Assembly: GCA_002269645.1 (NCBI GenBank)
Contig: NIVC01002502.1
Span: 1-64,000, forward strand
Direction of reading: 5' to 3'
DNA length: 64,000 nucleotides
From: Macrostomum lignano
Lineage: Eukaryota
Both the position numbers and the translations under genes were made by a program. This document shows, in pieces, positions 1 through 11,984 of this stretch (position 1 is the stretch's first letter; each line of letters opens with the position of its first letter). The notes beneath the pieces were generated by a model. That model did no database searches and had not been told where the DNA came from. It saw nothing but the letters and a program-made list of their open reading frames with translations.

Positions 1-1687
1 AAGAAAAGAAAATTAAATGAGAAGATAGAAAGAAAAGCTGTCAATGATATAAAAACATTATAAACATAGATTTAGAGGTATATTGGATATTTGATCCAAC
101 TAAAAACCTAATTTTTCAGATTAATATAATAAAATTATACATATCATACATTCTAGTAGTTATACAATAAATATATAATCTAAAACAATCATTATTAGGC
201 GTACGCTATTAAGCATAGGGAAAATATAATGATCCTATGATATATTAATATATAACTTAATTCTTTTTACTAAATTTACTTTAAGCAAATGTAGAATAAA
301 TTGAACTAATTTGAAAGGTTTCAAATATAGATTTTTATTTAAGATTAGGTGCTTGATGCATTCAATGTATAATTTTTTTAGCACAATTAGAATAAAATGC
401 ATAATTCTTTGTTAATCTAACTCATAAATGTGCAACCCCCTGATTTACACTGGCCAAGGGACTTACTTTTTAACAAAAATATGACTTACCTATTAAAGAA
501 ACATTAAAGAAAAAATTATTGCAATTTTGGATAAATAGCAAGAATAACTATCTTATAAAGCTAAATGCCTTATCATCTAATTAGTACTATTTCTGTATTC
601 TTTTAGATGGGCATTTTTGTGACTTATATTGGCTGGGTTGGCTAGGTGTTATATATATAATAGATTACATATAGATCATATAAAAACTTGCAGAAATGTA
701 TATTCATTGTCCCCCAAAAATTATTCTAGCAAATGATATAATATATATTATTTTCCTGATTATGGATTACCCTTTTGTCCTTTTATGGTCTTGGCTTAAA
801 AAGCTAATTCTTCTCTAAGTTTCCTATTGTCTCTATTATGTTTCCCTTCTTTCATTTATCTTTTTATCGTGCCTCATGATCATATTCTAATATAGTATTA
901 AAAAACTTATTCTTCAAACTAAGATTGCTTAGTCTAACCTTAAAAGTAAGATTTTGTATTGTTTTACTAATATTAATAAAGGCAGTGTTTATACATATAG
1001 TACAATAAGAATAATTTCTGTCATTCCTATAGTACCATGGAATAATTTGTCTTACCTACATAGCACACTGACAATATAGCTATATTATGTTCCTAAAGAT
1101 ACCATAAGGAATAATTAATGTTTTATCTGCATGGCACAATGACAAAATAAGTCTAGCTTTTTTTCTTACAGATACCATAAAAGTAATTTATATTTTGTTA
1201 TTTACAGTTTAATTGCAGTATAAAAACATAACTTCCCTTGAATATTTGTTTTATAGAAGTAAAAAAATAATAGACATATAGAACATAGGTGGCTATCTTG
1301 CCAGTATACTATATGGATAAGCAGAAAATTATTCACATGGTCCACAGTTTGGAAGGCAACATGTACACTAGGATTTATCAATATACAACACTACTTGCCA
1401 TTTTTAGCATACATCAGCATATATCTAATATACATGACAAAGTAGAAAATTTTTGGCTTAAATAAAGTGACTTTTATACATAAGATACACTATATACAAT
1501 ACTGCCAATACCAAAACAACTAGAATAAAAAAAGCTCAAACTTTGTGCCTTAAAAACTTATTTTATGAACTTTTTGTAAATAAAAAGTAGTGAAAGTATT
1601 TCTTTTATTATTGTTTTTTTTTCTCAGTGAACATTGCAAAAGTGCATCATTTTTAAGTTTGTTGCTCAAATTGCTGTGAATAATAAA

Positions 1688-2892
1688 GGCTATCCTGCAT
1701 TTTCGTTCGTTAAATTATTTTTTCATTTTTTTCAGCCACACTGCACATCCACATGGCGGGTCGTCTAGCTGCTCCCACTACTATCATCCCACCAGCTGAG
1801 ATAAGGCCTACTGCGGAACTATGCGACCTGCCGCTCATAAGGATGTGGGACTTGGCTCTTTTGACCACTGACACACCGTCTCTGATGCGCTGGCTGGCCA
1901 AATACTGGCTGCTGTCAAACGAGCGTCGGTGCCATTGCCCTGCTGCACCTCAAATGCGCCTTCAGCATCGTCAGGGTGACCGGTATGTGGATGGCTGGGC
2001 TTGGGCTTGCAAGGAGTGTCACGGCCAGGAGTCCATAAGGAAGGGCTTCTTTTTCGAGAGAAGCCACCTAGCGCTTAACCAACTGGTGGACTTTGTGTAC
2101 TGGTGGGCACTGAAGACACCACTGAAGGACATCATGCTGCAGTGTGACATCCAGCAGCCGCATACCAGTGTCGACTGGGCCAACTTCTGCCGCGATGTGT
2201 GTGCCCAGGTACTCATTGACCACCCAATGCAGCTTGGTGGCCCGAACATTGAAGTGGAGGTGGACAAGAGCAAATTCTTCCACCGCAAGTACCATGTCGG
2301 CAACTATCGTGAGGGCCACTGGGTGCTTGGAATGGTAGAGCGTGGCAGTAACAAATGCATGATGGTGGTGGTTGAGAATCGACGTGCCGAAACACTGCTG
2401 CCTATTCTGCAGCAGTACATCCTGCCCAGTTCCCGAGTCATCACTGATGGATGGCAGTCGTACAATGGCCTTGCTGCCATGGGCTTCAACCATGCGAGTG
2501 TCAACCATCGACTCAATTTCGTGGACCCACAGGACCCGACAGTGCACACCAACACAATCGAGGGCAGCTGGGCGCACTGCAAGGCCAAGCTGCATCAGGG
2601 GCACGGTACCAGCAATGGGCTCTTCAAGTTGCACCTGCAGGAGTTCCTGTGGCGCCGGCTCTACCCAAATGAGCATCATTTCGGCAACTTTCTGTACTGG
2701 GTGACCCATTACTACCCACTGTAATCCGGAGACTAATGTTTAAACTGACTTGACTATAACAAACTTTCTTAAACTTTTCGGGTGTTCTGTATGTCCCATA
2801 ATATTTTTTATTGCCTGTGCTGAACTTGTGAGATCATGTAAAATTAATTCCACGTGAAAAAATAATTTAACGAACGAAAATGCAGGATAGCC
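1688..2892 (+). mobile_element. Complete Merlin (IS1595/ISXO2-like) DNA transposon, 1205 bp
   Basis: Perfect 38-bp TIRs GGCTATCCTGCATTTTCGTTCGTTAAATTATTTTTTCA at 1688-1725 and, inverted, at 2855-2892. 8-bp TSD ATAATAAA at 1680-1687 and 2893-2900. Encloses a single transposase ORF. Confidence 0.95.
1753..2724 (+). CDS. Merlin/ISXO2-like DDE transposase, 323 aa
   Basis: Cys-rich N-terminal region (CHC...CKEC), then the motifs VEVDKS, VITDGW, VNHRLNFVDP and HTNTIEGSW and a C-terminal LQEFLWR, as in IS1595-family transposases. No stops. Confidence 0.92.
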   Translation: MAGRLAAPTTIIPPAEIRPTAELCDLPLIRMWDLALLTTDTPSLMRWLAKYWLLSNERRCHCPAAPQMRLQHRQGDRYVDGWAWACKECHGQESIRKGFFFERSHLALNQLVDFVYWWALKTPLKDIMLQCDIQQPHTSVDWANFCRDVCAQVLIDHPMQLGGPNIEVEVDKSKFFHRKYHVGNYREGHWVLGMVERGSNKCMMVVVENRRAETLLPILQQYILPSSRVITDGWQSYNGLAAMGFNHASVNHRLNFVDPQDPTVHTNTIEGSWAHCKAKLHQGHGTSNGLFKLHLQEFLWRRLYPNEHHFGNFLYWVTHYYPL

Positions 2893-3487
2893 ATAATAAA
2901 TAATGAATTTATTTGAAATGGAGCAAAATGAAAACGTTTTAGTCCTGGCATACAAATAAGGTCCTGTATTTTTTCCCCTACTAGACCCCGTATACACAAT
3001 CTAAACTACAGCCCACAGTACTGTAGGAATAAGACAAATTATTCCTATGGTACCTTGGGGATAAGCACTGCTAATAATTATATATAAGCCTAATAAAAAC
3101 ATTAACCTTTTAAAAATATATATATCAAAAGAAAAGTAGTTAAGCCTAGTTAAAAAATCAATAAGTCTAATATTTAGGACTTTGTGTTTGTATTCATTTA
3201 AAATAATAGACAGAGTATTGTTAATATCAATAGTCAATTATCATATATAGTGCAAAGTCTAGGCCTAACACCTAATCTTTTAACTTACATATATATAATA
3301 CGTATGGAACCAGAAGTAAAAAATAATTAAAATATGAATAAAGTAGTGCATGACTACTATGAAATACACTTTGGGCTAGGGAGCCAGCCTCAGCAAGGCA
3401 GTAGAATTAAGAAAGCTTAATAAGCCTCATAATAAAGAAATAAAATGATAGGCCTAACCATCTACATGTCAAAGACAAACAACTTAC

Positions 3488-3653
3488 ACTGTAAGTGTTT
3501 CTTCTTTGGGGCCGTGATTTCTTCTGTGGTTGCTTTGCAAACGGCTTTTGCAAGTCCTGATCCAGCAAGAGAGTGTTTTGCAGCAGTAACCCGATCCATA
3601 AGGCTTTGCCCGCTACCACTGCCAGCTAACTGCTTAACAACCTTCCCAGCCAT
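3488..3653 (-). CDS. PICALM: First coding exon of a PICALM/AP180 (ANTH-domain clathrin assembly protein) gene; later exons not found and probably lie left of the window
   Basis: [41 protein letters not shown] matches the PICALM N-terminus ([41 protein letters not shown]). Phase-1 donor T|GTAAGT at 3488/3487. Acceptor TTTTAG at 3663, 10 nt before the ATG. Confidence 0.9.
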
Positions 3654-5203
3654 TGAGAATGCCTAAAATTTACTTTATAAATTTCTAGGATATTAACACA
3701 GAGGCAAAACTGAATTAATTGATGTCTCTTCAGAGGATTTAACGTTTAGAACGTTTATTATAGGGTTCAACGTTTAAGCAGCACTAACAGTAAAGATGTT
3801 ATCGATGATATATATATCTGCTGTTTTTACATTTAAATTTTATAAGAAGCCGCTCAATAAAATTAACAAATAATCTAAACACTAACCTTTATTTTGCAAT
3901 TTAAATCTATTGTGGGGAAATTTTCAGTCTAAAAAGTACATGTAAATATATATTTTACAGCCTAAAAAGTAGTTCGTTTCGTACCATTACGAGTATTATT
4001 AGCGTATGTGCGTAAATTACTAAATTAAACACCCCTTTTGAGCGGATTACATAGAAAAGAAAATGTATAAATGACCCAATGAACGGCCGAACATTTAAAT
4101 TTTTCCTTGAACTTATCAGTCGAAGGTAGTTAATGTGGGCTGTCACGTGCACTGTACATGTGACCCTGTCAAGTACACGTGAAGACGGTGAAGTCTTACA
4201 TAGGGAATCCTTTTAATTCAGTTGGTCGAAAAGTCCCACAAGACAGTAAATTAGTGAATAAATCCAGCTGATGGATACATCAAATTAAAGTTCGAGGAAC
4301 AGAGTTGGTGGTACTCATGACTAGCGAAACTGAAATGCTAGAATTTGCGGTAGCAAATTCGCCCTTGCCCTTGAAGCCAAATGCGATACGACAGGTTCAT
4401 TCCGTATTTTAAGTGACAATGTTATATTAGTTAAATGGAAAAGCGATCAAGATTGTGCCATTCCTTTCTGATACATGTATTTTGTAGTACATAATATTAT
4501 CGTCCTTGCATACAACAAAGCGCGGCGTGTCGCATCGAATAGTTAAATAGTTTTTGCAATAGTAAAAAACTGTTAACTCGTACTATAAGTAAGATAATGC
4601 AACAGAAAGCGCCGGCAAAACTCACGGAGGAAAAAAAAACTTTCTAGTAAAAAAGGAAAACCAGTTTGACCAATTCTGCTATTGCAGATACAGCTATAAT
4701 CGCCTACTAAAAAGTAACTAGAGGCCACAACGTTGATTTAACGCACTAAAAAGATTAACAAAATAGACATACCATATTTATACCTTATTTATAATTCTAC
4801 ATCTTTTTGGATGCTATACAATACAACACAAGAAAGCCAACAGAATTTCCAAACTAGGAATCATATTCATTTCGGAGTGGAGTACAAGAATTACTTGTAG
4901 GGGGGGGGGCGGGAACGGTAAAGTAAAATGACGATGGAGCTTCAGTCAGTTTCGACTCGACGCCTTATAGTTGACAACGTGGTTGCAAATAATTATATTT
5001 ACAATGCAGAAATTGGTCAAGGAAATTGATTTGAAACGCAACAATTTGCAAACCTAAAAACAAGTGGAACAACACTAAACAATGCAAAATTGTATGTTCT
5101 CAAAAGTTCACATAGCTGTGATTGCTCATCTGTAGCTGGCGCTATCAAAATACAGTGCAATCAGCATACTTAATTGATTTTTAAAGGAAAGAAACCTCAG
5201 GCC

Positions 5204-5340
5204 TCGCTCGGATCTGATTGGCTGGCAGCTGCCGTTATTGAGGCTTGAAAACATTCAACATTTAATCGATATTTTCCTACCCTTTCAAGAACAACAACCT
5301 CACGCCTTGCTCGAATCTGATTGGCTGGCAGATGGCGGAG
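5204..5340 (-). promoter_or_regulatory. Duplicated CCAAT-box motif, candidate promoter of the PICALM-like gene
   Basis: Two near-identical ~30-bp blocks (ctcgctcggatctgattggctggcag; cttgctcgaatctgattggctggcag) read CCAATCAG on the minus strand, upstream of the PICALM exon. Confidence 0.4.
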
Positions 5341-6002
5341 CTGATGAAAACTCACAATTTCTAATTCCCGCGCTCTTCAGCCAGTCTAGCAGATGCTAGT
5401 GTAACTCAGACGCCGTCTTTTTCTAACATGCGAAACTGAAACACATAATTAACGAAAGAAGGAGCGCAGGACAGAAAATTTCTTAGGCAAAACAATGAAG
5501 AAGTAAGAGTAAAAATAAAAAAAGCAACCGCAAAAAATATACCGCTTGGGCAATTACAATAATACATTGAAAAGTAAAGCCAGGAACGGAAGCAATACAC
5601 TAAAATACATATGCTACAAGTACTTTCTATCATAATGAAATTCGTACTAAGTGCACAGAAGGCAATGGGATTGCGTGGGTAATGCACTTGCAGCAACGTT
5701 TTTGATTGACTTTCATACGAGTAAAGTATAAAAAAGAGGAAATTAATTTACACAGAAATTAAGATACATTTCTTCTGCGCAAAGCAATTAACATACTTTA
5801 ACAAAAAGGAAAGACAGTGTAATATTAGGCAATAGCTACTTTTAATTACTTTAAGACGAGCATACAGTATGACTATACTAGATTAAAACAGTTCAGATTC
5901 TATTGCTGCAGATTTGACCGAGACTAAAGGGTTTCTGATTTCCACTTGTAAGTGAAATGAAATGTTTCAGATTCATGCCCACAGCCTGATTCTGAGGATA
6001 GC

Positions 6003-6835
6003 GCTGGCCCAGCAACTGAGGATTTGAGAGGGTATCCCAGCAACTGAGGATTTGGGAGGCTGGCCCAGCAACTGAGGATCTGGGAGGCTGGCCCAGCAAC
6101 TGAGGATCTGGGAGGCTGGCCCAGCAACTGAGGATCTGGAAGGCTGGCCCAGCTACTGACACTCTGGGAGACTGGCCCAGCAAGTGACACTCTGGGAGGC
6201 TGGCCCAGCAACTGAGGATCTGGGAGGCTGTCCCAGCAACTGAGGATCTGGGAGGCTGTCCCAGCAACTGAGGAACTGGGGGGCTGGCCCAGCAACTGAG
6301 GATCTGGGAGGCTGGCCCAGCAACTGAGGATCTGGGAGGCTGTCCCAGCAACTGAGGATCTGGGAGGCTGTCCCAGCAACTGAGGAACTGGGGGGCTGGC
6401 CCAGCAACTGAGGAACTGGGGGGCTGTCCCAGCAACTGAGGATCTGGGAGGCTGTCCCAGCAACTGAGGAACTGGGGGCTGGCCCAGCAACTGAGGATCT
6501 GGGAGGCTGGCCCAGCAACTGAGGATCTGGGAGGCTGTCCCAGCAACTGAGGATCTGGGAGGCTGTCCCAGCAACTGAGGAACTGGGGGGCTGGCCCAGC
6601 AACTGAGGATCTGGGAGGCTGTCCCAGCTACTGACACTCTGGGAGACTGGCCCAGCTACTGACACTCTGGGAGACTGGCCCAGCTACTGACACTCTGGGA
6701 GGCTGGCCCAGCTACTGACACTCTGGGAGACTGGCCCAGCAACTGAGGATCTGGGAGACTGACCCAGCAAATGAGGATCTGAGAGGGTCGCCCAGCAACA
6801 GGATCGGGGAGGCTGGTCCCGCAACTGAGGATCAG
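6003..6835. repeat. 28-bp minisatellite (GGCCCAGCAACTGAGGATCTGGGAGGCT)n
   Basis: Tandem unit read directly; it produces the repeat ORFs at 5893-6665. Confidence 0.95.
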
Positions 6836-6977
6836 GGTGGATGACGTTTACATCAACTTGATCTCTGTGTGAAAATGCACTCTTAGTAAAGACAGCGAAA
6901 GAAACCGGCAGCCATGAAAAGATCCCTACAACCAGCCCCTACCCGACCCAAAACCCAAGGAAACAGTCAACCCGAGG

Positions 6978-7252
6978 CTACGAGGTCCGCCCGAACGGGT
7001 GCGCGATGTCAAAGTAATGATTGATTCGCTCGAATGTGGCAAAGCTGATAGCCACCGAGGGCAGCACCTTGACCAGGTTGGCGCCCATGCCGCGGTAGAA
7101 TCCAACAATGCCTTCGGCTTGGTACACCGTGGCGGCCAGGCCTCTGACAGTGTTGAGCTCCGGCCTGCTGAACTGCACCTTGGACTGCATCTTGGTGCGC
7201 AGCAAGGCCAGCGGGTAGCAGGCCACGATGCCGATTGAGGAGGCCAGGGCAC
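6978..7252 (-). CDS. SCaMC: SCaMC exon 7 (terminal; third carrier repeat)
   Basis: Acceptor TTTTAG|GT at 7253/7252. Encodes CYPLALLRTKMQ and GFYRGMGANLVKVLPSVAISFATFE; stop at 6978-6980. Confidence 0.92.
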
Positions 7253-7283
7253 CTAAAATTTAATTGGGAAATTTATAGACTCA

Positions 7284-9422
7284 AAAAACTCGAATCTCAA
7301 AGAATCTCCCAACAAACTCGAATCCCAATGAATCTCCCCACAAACTCGAATCCCAAAGAATCTCCCCACAAACTCGAATCCTAAAGAATCTCCCAACAAC
7401 CTCGAATCCCAAAGAATCTCCCAACAAACTCGAATCCTAAAGAATCTCCCAACAACCTCGAATCCCAAAGAATCTCCCAACAAACTCGAATCCTAAAGAA
7501 TCTCCCAAAAACCTCGAATCCCAAAGAATCTCCTAACAAACTCGAATCCTAAAGAATCTCCCAAAAACCTCGAATCCCAAAGAATCTCCTAACAAACTCG
7601 AATCCTAAAGAATCTCCCAAAAACCTCGAATCCCAAAGAATCTCCCAACAAACTCGAATCCTAAAGAATCTCCCAAAAACCTCGAATCCCAAAGAATCTC
7701 CCAACAAACTCGAATCCTAAAGAATCTCCCAAAAACCTCGAATCCCAAAGAATCTCCCAACAAACTCGAATCCTAAAGAATCTCCCAAAAACCTCGAATC
7801 CCAAAGAATCTCCCAACAAACTCGAATCCTAAAGAATCTCCCAAAAACCTCGAATCCCAAAGAATCTCCCAACAAACTCGAATCCTAAAGAATCTCCCAA
7901 AAACCTCGAATCCCAAAGAATCTCCCAACAAACTCGAATCCTAAAGAATCTCCCAAAAACCTCGAATCCCAAAGAATCTCCCAACAAACTCGAATCCTAA
8001 AGAATCTCCCAAAAACCTCGAATCCCAAAGAATCTCCCAACAAACTCGAATCCTAAAGAATCTCCCAAAAACCTCGAATCCCAAAGAATCTCCCAACAAA
8101 CTCGAATCCTAAAGAATCTCCCAAAAACCTCGAATCCCAAAGAATCTCCCAAAAACCTCGAATCCCAAAGAATCTCCCAACAAACTCGAATCCTAAAGAA
8201 TCTCCTCCTCAAACTCGAATCCCAAAGAATCTCCCAACAAACTCGAATCCCAAAGAATCACAAACAAACTCAAATCCCAAATAAACACAAACAAACTCGA
8301 ACCCCAAATAATCCCCCACAAACTCGAATCCCAATGAATCTCCCCACAAACTCGAATCCCAATGAATCTCCCCACAAACTCGAATCCCAAAGAATCTCCC
8401 CACAAACTCCACCAAGGCACCAAAGAATCTCCTCCACAAACTCGAATCCCAAAGAATCTCCCCACAAACTCGAACCCCAAAGAATCTCCCCACAAACTCG
8501 AATCCCAATGAATCTCCCCACAAACTCGAATCCCAAAGAATCTCCCCACAAACTCCACCAAGGCACCAAAGAATCTCCCCACAAACTCGAATCCCAAAGA
8601 ATCTCCCCACAAACTCGAATCCCAATGAATCTCCCCACAAACTCGAATCCCAAAGAATCTCCCCCAAACTCGAATCCCAAAGAATCTCCCCACAAACTCG
8701 AATCCCAAAGAATCTCCCCCAAACTCGAATCCCAAAGAATCTCCCCACAAACTCGAATCCCAAAGAATCTCCCCCCAAACTCCAAAGGCCCAAAGAATCT
8801 CCCCCAAACTCGAATCCCAAAGAATCTCCTCCACAAACTCGAAAGGCACCAAAGAATCTCCTCCACAAACTCGAATCCCAAAGAATCTCCCCCAAACTCG
8901 AATCCCAAAGAATCTCCCCCAAACTCGAATCCCAAAGAATCTCCCCCAAACTCGAATCCCAATGAATCTCCCCCAAACTCGAATCCCAAAGAATCTCCTC
9001 CACAAACTCGAATCCCAAAGAATCTCCCCCAAACTCGAATCCCAAAGAATCTCCCCACAAACTCCACCAAGGCACCAAAGAATCTCCCCACAAACTCGAA
9101 TCCCAAAGAATCTCCCCCAAACTCGAATCCCAAAGAATCTCCCCCAAACTCGAATCCCAAAGAATCTCCTCCACAAACTCGAATCCCAAAGAATCTCCCC
9201 ACAAACTCCACCAAGGCACCAAACAATCTCCCCCACAAACTCGAATCCCAAAGTATCTCCCCACACAAACTGAATCTCCCCCACAAACTCGAATCCCAAA
9301 GAATCTCCCCCAAATTTGAATCCCAAAGAATCTCCTCCACAAACTCGAATCCCAAAGAATCTCCCCTACAAACTCGAATACCAAAGAATCTCCTCCACAA
9401 ATTCAAATCCCAAAGAATTTCC
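7284..9422. repeat. 27-28-bp minisatellite (AAACTCGAATCCCAAAGAATCTCCCCAC)n filling SCaMC intron 6
   Basis: Tandem unit read directly; the left part is a homogenised 56-bp dimer. Confidence 0.95.
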
Positions 9423-9458
9423 CACCGCCCAACCGCACTGCCCAGCCTCGTCACGCAC

Positions 9459-9622
9459 CTGAAAGCAGCAGAGCCGCCACAGAGGGAGCTTCGTGCGAGG
9501 GCAGGTCGCGGAACAGCCAGGTCCGCGTGGTTTCGTAGGCGGCCAGCTCGATGCCAGCGTAGGGAAGAATGCCAGCCAGGTTGATTGTGTAGCCGCGGAA
9601 CAGGGCGCGGGTGCCACCCTCT
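9459..9622 (-). CDS. SCaMC: SCaMC exon 6
   Basis: Acceptor CGGCAG|A, then EGGTRALFRGYTINLAGILPYAGIELAAYET; donor G|GTGCGT. Phases 2 and 1 match the flanking exons. Confidence 0.92.
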
Positions 9623-9693
9623 CTGCCGAGGCGTCAGGAAGTGCAAGGAAGATTGGTTTGAGTGAACTGGCGACAAACGATAAACGATTCAAC

Positions 9694-10281
9694 AACTAAC
9701 CTTGTACACAGTTAAACAACTAACCTGTACACAGTTAAACAACTAACCTGTACACAGTTACAACTAACCTGCACACAGTTAAACAACTAACCTGTACACA
9801 GTTAAACAACTAACCTGTACACAGTTCAACAACTAACCTGTACACAATTAAAAAACTAACCTGTACACAGTTCAACAACTAACCTGTACACAATTAAAAA
9901 ACTAACCTGTACACAGTTCAACATCTAACCTGTACACAATTCAAAAACTAACCTGTACACAGTTCAACAATAAACCTGTACACAATTCAAAATCTAACCT
10001 GTACACAGTTCAACAACTAACCTGTACACAGTTACACAACTAACCTGTACACAATTCAACAACTAACCTGTACACAATTCAACAACTAACCTGTACACAG
10101 TTACACAAATAACCTGTACACAATTCAACAACTAACCTGTACACAGTTACACAACTAACCTGTACACAATTCAACAACTAACCTGTACACAATTCAACAA
10201 CTAACCTGTACACAATTCAACAACTAACCTGTACACAATTCAACAACTAACCTGTACACAATTCAACAACTAACCTGTACA
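9694..10281. repeat. 22-23-bp minisatellite (CAACAACTAACCTGTACACAATT)n, about 25 copies, filling SCaMC intron 5
   Basis: Tandem unit read directly. On the minus strand each unit contains TGTACAG|GTTAG(T/A), the exon-5 donor junction. Confidence 0.95.
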
Positions 10282-10576
10282 CGGACGCGAGGCAGCCAAC
10301 CAGGCCGCCGGGATATTGGCCTGTCTTCCTCAAGCACATCCTGGTCTTAGCCACCTCCATAGGATAAATCATGGTCTGACTGGTTGCCCCGGCCAGACTG
10401 CCGGCTAGGAATTTCTGATGGATTTGCAGTTCGGACGGACCGCCAAACAAAAGGCGCTTATAGAAATCGTAGAACGTGTACTTTATCGCCGTCTCGGGGG
10501 CGATTTTTATTACGTTGACTCCATTGCCTCGCCACAACGACCGGATACCGCCTTCTTGCAGCATCCAGCGGAAGGC
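10275..10576 (-). CDS. SCaMC: SCaMC exon 5
   Basis: Acceptor CTCAAG|GCC. Encodes [25 protein letters not shown] and [10 protein letters not shown] (carrier signature PxD/ExxK/R). Donor TACAG|GTTAGT. Confidence 0.93.
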
Positions 10577-10639
10577 CTTGAGGGCAGGGTTGGAAGAAGG
10601 GCTAGCACAAAGACTTAGCATAATATTGCAGAGGCCAGG

Positions 10640-11100
10640 AGATGAAATCAGGGAAATCCAGGTAGGAAAAACAGGGGAACTCCAGGTGGGAAAATTAGGG
10701 GAACTCCAGGTGGGAAAATTAGGGGAATCCAGGTGGGGAAATCAAGGGAAATCCAGGTGGGGTAATCAGGGGAATCCAGGTGGGAAATCAGGGGAATCCA
10801 GGTGGGAAATCAGGGGAAATCCAGGTGGGGAAATCAGGGGAAATCCAGGTGGGGTAATCAGGGGAAATCCATGTGAGGAAATCAAGGGAAATCCAAGTGG
10901 GGTAATCAGGGGAAATCCATGTGAGGAAATCAAGGGAAATCCAGGTAGGGAAATCAAAGGGAAATCGTAATCAGGGGAATCCAGGTGGGAAATCAAGGGA
11001 AATCCAGGTGGGGTATCAGGGGAACTCCAGGTGGGGTAATCAGGGGAACTCTAGGTGGGGAAATCAAGGGAAATTCAGGTGGGGTAATCAGAAGAAATCC
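10640..11100. repeat. Degenerate ~21-23-bp minisatellite (GGAAATCCAGGTGGGGAAATCAG-like) in SCaMC intron 4
   Basis: Tandem unit read directly. Confidence 0.85.
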
Positions 11101-11150
11101 AGACAGGGATATAAATAAATAAGCAAATCCCTAGATTCCGGATCAGCTAC

Positions 11151-11354
11151 CTTGATAGCGGAAGAGCCAGCGTGCTGATATCCGTAAACTTGACGCAATA
11201 CTTTCAAGCGGTCCAACGGAGCGGTGCAGGTGCGAGACAGCGCGCCAGCAAGGCCGCCGCTGAAAAGCATGTTCAATGCTTGTCCGGAGCGAAGCTGCTC
11301 AGCCGAGAAGTCGTCGGGTATCTGCGCCTCGTCGCCCGTGTTAAGCGTGCCCAT
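11151..11354 (-). CDS. SCaMC: SCaMC exon 4
   Basis: Acceptor CACTAG|ATG. Encodes QIPDDFS and GGLAGALSRTCTAPLDRLKV. Donor AAG|GTAGCT; 204 nt, phase 0/0. Confidence 0.93.
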
Positions 11355-11984
11355 CTAGTGGCAGAGAGTTCAAAGAAAATATTCTCGATACGCTACTGAA
11401 TAAACATTAGTAGCAATATATGCTTTCTTTTAAAACAAAAAATATTTAAGCAAGCAATACGCTTTACTTATTAAAAGCCAATGAGTAGAATGTTACGAAA
11501 ATTGCTATTTAAAATATGTAACATTTTTGAGAATAAATACAATCAAATATTACTTGGAGTCAGAACAATGCAGCATCGGCACACGGCGAGCGGGAAAAAA
11601 CTATTCAGAAGTTCGTGCGGTTAAGCATTTGATAACTTTAGGCTTTAGTTAATACCGATGCATCTCTTTTTTAGCTTCAATAGCTGTTTTAGTGAAACGT
11701 TATTAATAATTATCACTACAAAATGTCAATGCAAATGCAAGAATTAAAAAACATCGATTACTAAAAACTACCACGCTAGCATCTGCACATGACAGAGAAT
11801 GTGCTATAAATTAGGCGTTCAGGCACTTAAATAATTAAAAGCTTTGAAGGTGCAGAAATGCTAGAATCACTAAGGGGTCACTCGTGCAGTGTACATCACT
11901 TCCTTGTTCATGTTAAAACCAAAATATCAGACACCCTCTGATCCCACTCTCAAATCTATGAGTCTTTGTCATGCAATTCTAACC

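Noticed and set aside
1710-2709. Overlapping antisense and alternate-frame ORFs over the Merlin, MULE, RT and CXXC1 coding regions
   Set aside because: Expected shadows of GC-rich coding sequence, with no independent motifs.
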